24,000 nucleotides of DNA, taken from NCBI RefSeq assembly GCF_944383115.1, contig NZ_CALWOJ010000014.1, positions 1 through 24,000 of the forward strand, read 5' to 3'. This stretch comes from an uncultured Flavonifractor sp. (GTDB lineage: Bacteria; Bacillota; Clostridia; Oscillospirales; Oscillospiraceae). The translations under genes and the position numbers were made by a program. Positions 1-6,710 of the stretch are shown here, one piece after another. Under the pieces are notes generated by a model. It did no database searches and was not told the origin of the DNA. It was given only the letters and a program-made list of their open reading frames with translations. Each line of letters begins with the position of its first letter. Position 1 is the stretch's first letter.

Positions 1-148
1 GTAACGGGGCCAGCCGCGGCTGCCTACTTAAAGTTCAGCGGCCATGCTCGGAGGTGATTTTCCCGGCCCGTCCTGTCCGCCTTGCACCAAAACGGCGGCT
101 CTCTGCGCAGGGTTGGGGGCGGTACTCGTCCTCGTCACAGCGTTTTGC
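1..148 (-). promoter_or_regulatory. Partial T-box leader (5' stem I region), probably controlling ileS beyond the left edge
   Basis: Minus strand reads CTGTGACGAGGACGAGTACC...AGAGAGCCGCCGTTTTGGTGCAAGGCGG...GGAAAATCACCTCCGAGC...GCTGAACTTTAAGTAGGC...CCGTTAC. This has the order of T-box stem I elements (GAGGA/GAGTAC start, AGAGAG..GGTG apical part, specifier ATC before the distal strand ending GAGC, then AGTAGGC...CCGTTA). It lies directly downstream of the divIVA terminator, where ileS often follows divIVA in Firmicutes. Confidence 0.75.
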
Positions 149-151
149 AGA

Positions 152-192
152 TAAAAATCACTGGGAGACGCCCTTTTTCGGCGTCTCCCAGT
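152..192 (-). terminator. Rho-independent terminator of the divIVA-end operon
   Basis: 13-bp perfect stem ACTGGGAGACGCC / GGCGTCTCCCAGT (160-172 / 180-192) with a 7-nt loop. On the minus strand it is followed by GATTTTTAT. Confidence 0.85.
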
Positions 193-226
193 ATCTTACC
201 CGTTTGCAGGGATTCTGTCAAGAGGT

Positions 227-973
227 TCAGCGGATTTCGTAATCCTTGCCGAATTGCAGATTGTCAAAGTCGATGCGGCGGGTGGGTTCTTCCACCTCGT
301 CCACCTCGTCCTCGTCCTCCTCCGGCTCCGCCGGACGGGGGGCGGCGGCCTTGCGGCCGCTGAGTTCCATCAGCTCGTCATAGAGGCTGCTCTCCTGGGC
401 CGCTTCCCCCTTGGGGGCGGACGCTTCGGCGGCGTCCTCCTGCTCCTGCTGGAGCAGACGCTCCACCTGCGCGCCGATATCCCGCACGGCGTCCTCCACC
501 GGGTCGGCGGGGGCGGGCGGGGCGGCGGTCACCTGAGACAGGCCGTTCAAAAAGTCCATCTCGTGCTGGTGCAGCTCCTTGAGCTTGCCCACATAGGCGG
601 CGGTGGACTGCTGGGCGGCCATAAGACGCATCTGCTCGTCCCGGATGGACTGCTGCAGTTCGGCCACCCGGGCCTTGGCGTCGGCCTCGGCGTTCTGGAG
701 CAGCTGATTGCGCTTCTGCTCGGCCTCGGCCACCAGGTCATCGGCCATCTTCTGGGCGGTCATCAGGGCCTTGCGCATGGCGTCCTCGGTGGAGCGGTAC
801 TCCTCCACCTTCTCCACCAGCACCTTCATTTTAGCCTTCAGGGTGGCGTTTTCTTTGTACAGGGTGGTGTAATCCGCCGTCAGGACGTCCAGAAACTCGT
901 CCACCATTGTCATGTTATAGCCGTTAAACGCCTTGGTAAAGGCGTGTTCAGAGACTTCCTGCGGCGTCAGCAT
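227..973 (-). CDS. divIVA: DivIVA domain-containing protein
   Basis: 248-aa ORF starting MLTPQEVSEHAFTKAFNGYNMTMVDEFLDVLTADY, typical of the DivIVA N-terminus, followed by coiled coil and an acidic C-terminal tail. Located next to sepF. Confidence 0.9.
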   Translation of the reverse strand: MLTPQEVSEHAFTKAFNGYNMTMVDEFLDVLTADYTTLYKENATLKAKMKVLVEKVEEYRSTEDAMRKALMTAQKMADDLVAEAEQKRNQLLQNAEADAKARVAELQQSIRDEQMRLMAAQQSTAAYVGKLKELHQHEMDFLNGLSQVTAAPPAPADPVEDAVRDIGAQVERLLQQEQEDAAEASAPKGEAAQESSLYDELMELSGRKAAAPRPAEPEEDEDEVDEVEEPTRRIDFDNLQFGKDYEIR

Positions 974-1015
974 AGGTCAATTCCCCCTGTTTTATGTGGT
1001 TTGCGCGTATAGCGT

Positions 1016-1516
1016 TTAGAAATACAGCCCGTTGTTTTCCAGTTCATCAATCAGATCGCCCAGAATGTCCACGTTGTAGGGCGTGATGATGTAAGTGGAG
1101 ATGGCCACCTTCTTGATCTTGCCCTCGTTGGCGTAGGCCACGCCGGACAGGAAGTCCAGCAGGCGGCGGGCAATGTCCTTGTTGGTCGATTCCAGGTTGA
1201 GGACCACGGTGCGCTTCTCACGCAGATGATCGGCGATCTCGCTGGCGTTTTCAAACCGCTCGGGCTTTACCAGCACCACCTGCAGCTGGGTGGTGGTGTG
1301 GATGTTGACCACCTTGTTGCTGCGGCGATCACTGTCGGTGGAATAGAGGCTGCCGGTGGAGTCCTGGACGGCCTGGCTTTTGGCGCTCTTGCGCTCGCCG
1401 CCGGTACGGTCCATCCGCTCGCTGCGGGAGACGGGTTCAAAATCGTCCTCAAAGTCGTCCTCCGGCTCGTCCTCGTAGGGGCGGGCCAGCCGCCGCAGTT
1501 CATCAAACAATCCCAT
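1016..1516 (-). CDS. sepF: Cell division protein SepF
   Basis: 166 aa; MGLFDELRRL start and C-terminal VLNLESTNKDIARRLLDFLSGVAYANEGKIKKVAISTYIITPYNVDI, characteristic of SepF. Confidence 0.93.
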   Translation of the reverse strand: MGLFDELRRLARPYEDEPEDDFEDDFEPVSRSERMDRTGGERKSAKSQAVQDSTGSLYSTDSDRRSNKVVNIHTTTQLQVVLVKPERFENASEIADHLREKRTVVLNLESTNKDIARRLLDFLSGVAYANEGKIKKVAISTYIITPYNVDILGDLIDELENNGLYF

Positions 1517-1540
1517 ATTCGGTTACCTCCTAAGATCCGA

Positions 1541-2248
1541 TCATACTTGGTGCATGGGCGGGCGGGGACCAAACAGGGCGGTGCCCACCCGCACCAGGGT
1601 GGCGCCCTCCCGGACGGCGTCCTCATAGTCGCCGCTCATTCCCATAGAAAGACAGTCGATTGTGGTTCCATTATCCGACATCTTGTCTCTTATGTCAACA
1701 TAAAGCTGCCGCATTTTTTGAAAAAAGGGCCGGTTTCCGTCAGGTCCCTCGGCCACGGGGGGGATGGCCATCAATCCCCGCAGGCGCACGTTGGGACAGG
1801 CCGCCGCCTTCTGGGCCAGGGCGGGCAGCTCGTCGGGGGAAATACCGCTTTTGGACTCCTCCCCGCCGATATTGATCTCCAGCAGAATGTCCTGCACCAG
1901 GTCCAGCTTGGCGGCCTGGGCCTGGATGGCGTCCAGCAGATGTTCCGAACCCACCGACTCGATGAGATCCACCCGGCCCACCACCTGCTTTACCTTGTTG
2001 GTCTGAAGATGGCCGATAAAATGGAGCGCGGCCCCGGCATAGGCGTCGTCGGCCAGATGGGCGGTCATCTCCTGCACCCGGTTTTCTCCGCAGATGGTGA
2101 CGCCGGCGGCAATGGCCTGCCGGATGGTATCCGAGGTCTGCACTTTCGTGGCGGCTACCAGAGTGATCTCGGACGGGTCCCGGCCCACTTCCCGGGCCGC
2201 GGCGGCGATGTTGGCCTTGACCTGTGCTACTTTCTCTTCCAGGGACAT
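1541..2248 (-). CDS. YggS/PROSC-family pyridoxal phosphate homeostasis protein
   Basis: EITLVAATKVQTSDTIRQAI..GENRVQEM, HFIGHLQTNKVK, LSMGMSGDYEDAVREGATLVRVGTALFG. Start chosen at MSLEEKV with GGAGGTG upstream; the track ORF extends to 2278. Confidence 0.93.
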   Translation of the reverse strand: MSLEEKVAQVKANIAAAAREVGRDPSEITLVAATKVQTSDTIRQAIAAGVTICGENRVQEMTAHLADDAYAGAALHFIGHLQTNKVKQVVGRVDLIESVGSEHLLDAIQAQAAKLDLVQDILLEINIGGEESKSGISPDELPALAQKAAACPNVRLRGLMAIPPVAEGPDGNRPFFQKMRQLYVDIRDKMSDNGTTIDCLSMGMSGDYEDAVREGATLVRVGTALFGPRPPMHQV

Positions 2249-2287
2249 GATACGCACCTCCAAAAAATAAACACACAAAATGCCGGA

Positions 2288-3574
2288 TTACGCAATGACC
2301 TTGCCGTCGTACAGCTCACCGGAGGAGATAATGATCTGATCTCCTGCCCGCAGGGCCTTTTTGGCCTGGGAGGCCACGGTGGAGGTCACCGGTTCCACCA
2401 GAATAAAGTTATCCTCTTCTGCCAACACGGTGACCTGCTTGAATTCAGCCCGCTGGCCCACCAGGGCGTACACCCCGGTGACCGAGATCTGGGACTGCTC
2501 CCCGGTCTCGCTGTCGGTGACGGTCTGCTGATCCACCCGCAGGGCCTCCTTGGGCAGGCGGATACCGGTAATGGTGTCAAAGACCAGATCCACCGTCTGC
2601 CGCCGCAGCAGGGTGGTGTCGGACAGGAACTTGTCGGTGGACAGCACCACCGCCACCTGCCCTCCCTCCGGGTCGCTCAGCCGCTCCACCTTCATGTCCA
2701 CCTCACCCGACCAGTCCCGGGAGAACCGGACGGTGACGGTGCGTCCCTCCACCAGACGAGCGGCGTCCCCCTCCGACAGGGTACAGGTGAAGTACCAGGT
2801 GGAGTTGGTAATAAGCTTGCCGATGGCGGTGGGATCCTCCGCCGGCTTTTGCCTGGCCAGTTCCTCCAGTTGAGCGGGGGTGAGGGTCTCCAGCATGGCC
2901 GGAGTGATGAGGCTCTCATACCCGTCCACCAGGCCGGAGAAGATCCCCGACTGGGCGGCGGTCACCCGGCTGGTATTCTGGGAGGTTTGGGCGGTAAGGG
3001 TGTTGATCTGGGCGTTTACCTCGTCCAGAGAGGCCTGGAGGGCGGCGGCGGAGTCCCCCTCTTCCTCCCCGAAGGTATAGCTGCGCTTGTATACCAGGCT
3101 CTTCAGTTCCATGGTCTGGCTCTCCAGACCGGTCAGGTCTCCGGAGGCCACGGCGCCCCGCAGGCTCGCAATGGCATCGGCCACCCGGCTGCTGAGCTGG
3201 GCGGAATCTCCGCTCCCCCCGGTCTGGGCCAGGGCGTACTCCAGCTGTTCCTGCTCCAGCAGCAGCTGCTGGAGGGTCTCCCGCTGGGTAAGGCCGGCGT
3301 CGCTCTGATAGAGCAGCGCCACCGTCTCGCCCAGGCTCACCTTTTCCCCCTCTTCGGGCAGGATCTCAACGGTACCCCCCTGGCCGGGGAGAACGGTCTC
3401 CGCCCGGACCAGAAAGCCGGTGGCTTCCAAACTATCGTCCACCGCATAGCTGTAAGCCGTTACCGTGGGATAGAGATCCCGCAGGCTGCTCAGGGCGGAG
3501 GCCGCAATGGTGATGACCACAGCGGCCAGCACCACCAGCATGACGATACGGGCGTTCAAAGAACCTTGCTTCAT
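2288..3574 (-). CDS. HlyD-family-like membrane fusion/adaptor protein
   Basis: 428 aa; N-terminal transmembrane segment (ARIVMLVVLAAVVITIAASAL), biotinyl-lipoyl-like segment (GFLVRAETVLPGQGGTVEILPEEGEKVSLGETVALLY), coiled coil and C-terminal beta region. Confidence 0.7.
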   Translation of the reverse strand: MKQGSLNARIVMLVVLAAVVITIAASALSSLRDLYPTVTAYSYAVDDSLEATGFLVRAETVLPGQGGTVEILPEEGEKVSLGETVALLYQSDAGLTQRETLQQLLLEQEQLEYALAQTGGSGDSAQLSSRVADAIASLRGAVASGDLTGLESQTMELKSLVYKRSYTFGEEEGDSAAALQASLDEVNAQINTLTAQTSQNTSRVTAAQSGIFSGLVDGYESLITPAMLETLTPAQLEELARQKPAEDPTAIGKLITNSTWYFTCTLSEGDAARLVEGRTVTVRFSRDWSGEVDMKVERLSDPEGGQVAVVLSTDKFLSDTTLLRRQTVDLVFDTITGIRLPKEALRVDQQTVTDSETGEQSQISVTGVYALVGQRAEFKQVTVLAEEDNFILVEPVTSTVASQAKKALRAGDQIIISSGELYDGKVIA

Positions 3575-3588
3575 AGGCGCTCCTTTTA

Positions 3589-3825
3589 TCAGTCGCCATG
3601 CTCCTCCCGCTCCAGAGAGATGGCCCGCTCGGGCACAATGGTGGAGATGGCGTGCTTGTAGATCACCTGCTGCTTGTCCCCTGTCATAAGTACCACCACA
3701 AAGGCGTCATAGCCCACGATCTGACCCTTGAGCTGATAGCCGTTCATCAAAAAGGCGGTGACATTGGCCCGGGTACGCCGGGCGCGAAGCAGAAACAAAT
3801 CTTGCAGGTTGGGTGTCTTTTGCAT
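3589..3825 (-). CDS. hfq: RNA chaperone Hfq
   Basis: MQKTPNLQDLFLLRARRTRANVTAFLMNGYQLKGQIVGYDAFVVVLMTGDKQQVIYKHAISTIVP matches the Hfq Sm1/Sm2 motifs including YKHAIST. Start at 3825 with upstream AAAAGGAG; the track ORF extends to 3870. Confidence 0.95.
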   Translation of the reverse strand: MQKTPNLQDLFLLRARRTRANVTAFLMNGYQLKGQIVGYDAFVVVLMTGDKQQVIYKHAISTIVPERAISLEREEHGD

Positions 3826-3923
3826 ATGGATGCACTCCTTTTTCTCTGAGATGCATCCAATATATACCAATTATTGGATAATTTAAGTCGAATCCTGGGG
3901 AAGCGACCACATTTCCCGGGGAG

Positions 3924-5882
3924 TTACGCTCTGCCGAACCGTTTTTCAATCTGTTGGCGGGTCAATTCTATGGCCACCGGCCTGCCGTGGGGACAGTATT
4001 TGACTTCCCCCGCCATAACAGCTTTAGCCACCTTGAGCAGCTCGGCCTCCCCGTTTTTCTGGCCCCCCTTGATGGCGGCTTTGCAGGCCATGGTGTGGAG
4101 CAGGGCGTCCCGGGCGGCGTCCGGGTCAGCGGTGCCGCAGGTGATGAGCCTGCCCGCCAGCTCCAGCAGTACGTCGGGAATGGCGGCGGCGTCCACATCG
4201 TCGGGGGCGGTGCGGACAATGATAGCCCCGCCGCCGAAGTCCTCCGCCTCAAAGCCGAAACGCTCCAGCAGGGGCAGCTGGGAGAGCAGCGCCGCCCCCT
4301 CCTCCGCCGGAGGGGTGAACACCACCGGGGTGAGCAGGGCCTGGACCATGGGGGTGTACCCCGCCGCCTTCAGCCGGTCAAAGTTCATCCGCTCATGGGC
4401 GGCGTGCTTGTCGATGAGCAGCACCTTGTCCCCCTGCTCCACGATGATGTAGGTGTTTAAGACCTCCCCCGCCATGCGCCAGGGTATTTCGTCGGCGCAA
4501 GCTGCGTATCCCTCGCTTTGCCGTTCACGGCAAAGCTCGCTCTCTGCGCTGCGCCTCCTCTCCCCACCGGACCCGCTGGCGCTGGGCTCCGGCGGGGGCC
4601 CCGCTTCCGGTTCGGGCTGGATGGGAGTCTGGGGTTCCACAGGGGGAATGGTGGGAACGGCTTCCTTTTCGACCACCGTAGGGGCGACCCTTGTGGTCGC
4701 CCGCACAGGTTGAGCGGTTTGGGCAGGCCGGGCGGCGAAGTCCCGCAGGGGCAAAGACGGCGCGGGCTTGACCTCCGCCTTGCGGGGCGGCTCCGCCGTC
4801 ATGGTGCGGAAGGTGGTCTGGTGGAGGGTCACCGTGTCCTGGGCTGCCTTGGGGGCCAGCCGGGGACTGTCCGCCAGGGCGGAGGGCCGGGACCGGTCGG
4901 CCTCCAGGGTGGATTTCACGGCGTAGTACACCGCGTCGAATACCTTCTTGTCGCTGCCGAACTTGACCTCCTGCTTGGTGGGGTGGACGTTTACATCCAC
5001 GGCGTTGAGCCTGGTCTGGAGGTGGAGGACGCAACCGGGGAACTTGCCCACCATCTTCTGGTTGGCGTAGGCCTCCTCCAGCGCGGCCATCATGGTGCGG
5101 CTTTTCACATACCGGCCGTTGACAAAGAAGTGCTGATAGCCCCGGCTGCCCCGGCAGCAGGTGGGCAGGGACACAAAGCCGGTGACGCTCATATCCTCCC
5201 CGGAGCCCTTCACCGGGGTAAAGCCCAGGGCCAGGTCACGGCCCAGCACGGCGTACAGCGCCGATTTCAGCTGGCCGTCGCCGGGGGTAAGCAGATCCTG
5301 TTTGCCGTCCCGGAGGAACTTAATGCTCACCTCCGGGTGGGACAGGGCCAGCCGCTGCACCATGGCGAAGCAGGCGGCGCTCTCGGCGGAGTCCTTCTTC
5401 ATAAACTTGAGCCGGGCGGGAGTGTTGTAGAACAGGTCTTTCACCACCATGGTGGTACCCTGGGGACAGCCCGCCTCCTGCTGATCCACCAACACGCCCC
5501 CCTCCAGGGAGAGGGCGGCGCCCAGGGGAGAATGGTTGGTGCGGGTGAGCAGTTCCACCCGGGACACGGCGGAGATGGCGGCCAGGGCCTCCCCCCGGAA
5601 GCCCAGGGTACCGATGGCCTCCAGGTCGTACTCGGTACGCAGCTTGCTGGTGGCGTGGCGGAGAAAGGCGGTGGGGGCCTCGTGGGCCTCGATGCCGCAG
5701 CCGTTGTCGGTGACCCGGATGAGGGCCATGCCCCCGTGCTGGATCTCCACCGTCAGCTTGTCGGCCCCGGCGTCGATGGCGTTCTCCATCAGTTCCTTTA
5801 CCACGGAGGCGGGCCGCTCGACGACTTCACCGGCGGCAATCAGGTCGGCCACATGGGAGTCAAGTTGTTGGATGTGAGGCAT
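3924..5882 (-). CDS. mutL: DNA mismatch repair protein MutL
   Basis: 652 aa; IAAGEVVERPASVVKELMENAIDAGA, TDNGCGI, HATSKL, TLGFRGEALAAI, LFYNTPARLKF, and C-terminal ACKAAIK / CPHGRPVAIELTRQQIEKRFGR. Confidence 0.98.
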   Translation of the reverse strand: MPHIQQLDSHVADLIAAGEVVERPASVVKELMENAIDAGADKLTVEIQHGGMALIRVTDNGCGIEAHEAPTAFLRHATSKLRTEYDLEAIGTLGFRGEALAAISAVSRVELLTRTNHSPLGAALSLEGGVLVDQQEAGCPQGTTMVVKDLFYNTPARLKFMKKDSAESAACFAMVQRLALSHPEVSIKFLRDGKQDLLTPGDGQLKSALYAVLGRDLALGFTPVKGSGEDMSVTGFVSLPTCCRGSRGYQHFFVNGRYVKSRTMMAALEEAYANQKMVGKFPGCVLHLQTRLNAVDVNVHPTKQEVKFGSDKKVFDAVYYAVKSTLEADRSRPSALADSPRLAPKAAQDTVTLHQTTFRTMTAEPPRKAEVKPAPSLPLRDFAARPAQTAQPVRATTRVAPTVVEKEAVPTIPPVEPQTPIQPEPEAGPPPEPSASGSGGERRRSAESELCRERQSEGYAACADEIPWRMAGEVLNTYIIVEQGDKVLLIDKHAAHERMNFDRLKAAGYTPMVQALLTPVVFTPPAEEGAALLSQLPLLERFGFEAEDFGGGAIIVRTAPDDVDAAAIPDVLLELAGRLITCGTADPDAARDALLHTMACKAAIKGGQKNGEAELLKVAKAVMAGEVKYCPHGRPVAIELTRQQIEKRFGRA

Positions 5883-5914
5883 AGAAATACCTGCTTTCTA
5901 AAGGGAGAGATAAC

Positions 5915-5940
5915 GGGCGGTCCGGGAGGCCCGCCCCTAC
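5915..5940 (-). repeat. REP-like unit D (GTAG + imperfect hairpin)
   Basis: Plus reads GGGCGGTCC-GGGA-GGCCCGCCC-CTAC; 9-position stem with one mismatch, 4-nt loop, GTAG on the minus strand. Same 26-nt geometry as the other units. Confidence 0.8.
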
Positions 5941-5950
5941 ATGGTTGGGA

Positions 5951-5976
5951 GTAGGGGGCGGCGTCCCCGACGCCCC
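5951..5976 (+). repeat. REP-like unit E (GTAG + imperfect hairpin), inverted relative to D
   Basis: GTAG-GGGGCGGCG-TCCC-CGACGCCCC; 9-position stem with one mismatch, 4-nt loop. 10 nt from unit D in opposite orientation (BIME-like pair). Confidence 0.8.
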
Positions 5977-5982
5977 GCGGGA

Positions 5983-6684
5983 TCAGCTCAGCGCCCCCAG
6001 CAGCGTAAACCCATTGAGGACCATGTGCAGGGCAATGGCGCTCCAGATGGAGCCCCCCCGGTCGTAGCACCAGGTGAGGGCCAGGGCCCCAGGCACATAC
6101 TGGATCGTCAGCAGCAGATATCGCAGATCCAGTGTGCCAAAGGCATACACGAACTGGACGGTGCAGTAGAAGGCATATACCGCCACCGACAGCACATAGC
6201 CCAGGACCCGGCTGTAGCCCCGCACCGAGCTGAAAAGCAGGCCCCGGAACAGGGGTTCCTCCACCATTGGCATCAGCACCACCAGGATGAGGACGGTGGC
6301 GCCGGGGGCAAAGGCATACTGCTCGGGGTAGCTCATCAGGTTGGGGTTCTGCACCGGCAGAGGGATGAGCCCCACCAGGAAGGAGAGTATTTCGGCCCCC
6401 ACCAGGCCGGTAACGAAGGCAAACAAATTTTCCGGCAACCAGTCCAGCAGCAGGTGGAACCCATGCCGCAGGAAGGACCAGAACACCAGGAAGGTCAGGG
6501 CGGTAATAATGAGGTAGTATACCGCGTTGGCCTCGGCCACCGGGAACTCCCCCTCATAGGACCGCTGAACCCAGCCCATAAGCCAGGGGAACAAAAACAC
6601 ATACAGGGCGAAAAAGACCCAGCCCCGGTAGCATTCCGCCCGGGTGATCTGGGGCCGCCAGGGGCGGCGTCGTCCGGTGAGCAT
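5983..6684 (-). CDS. CPBP-family intramembrane metalloprotease-like membrane protein
   Basis: 233 aa, multiple hydrophobic segments, MPMVEEPLFRGLLFSSV (EExxxR motif) and SAIALHMVLNG (third His motif). Confidence 0.85.
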   Translation of the reverse strand: MLTGRRRPWRPQITRAECYRGWVFFALYVFLFPWLMGWVQRSYEGEFPVAEANAVYYLIITALTFLVFWSFLRHGFHLLLDWLPENLFAFVTGLVGAEILSFLVGLIPLPVQNPNLMSYPEQYAFAPGATVLILVVLMPMVEEPLFRGLLFSSVRGYSRVLGYVLSVAVYAFYCTVQFVYAFGTLDLRYLLLTIQYVPGALALTWCYDRGGSIWSAIALHMVLNGFTLLGALS

Positions 6685-6710
6685 GGCGCGGTCCTCCTTT
6701 GTGGTCGGTT

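Noticed and set aside
1226-3661. Long plus-strand ORF (811 aa) antisense to sepF/yggS/HlyD/hfq
   Set aside because: Low-complexity Gly/His/Leu-rich translation with no recognisable domain, overlapping well-supported genes. It is the expected mirror-frame artefact of GC-rich codon usage.
4518-5954. 478-aa plus-strand ORF opposite mutL
   Set aside because: Antisense shadow of MutL; no recognisable motif or plausible start context.
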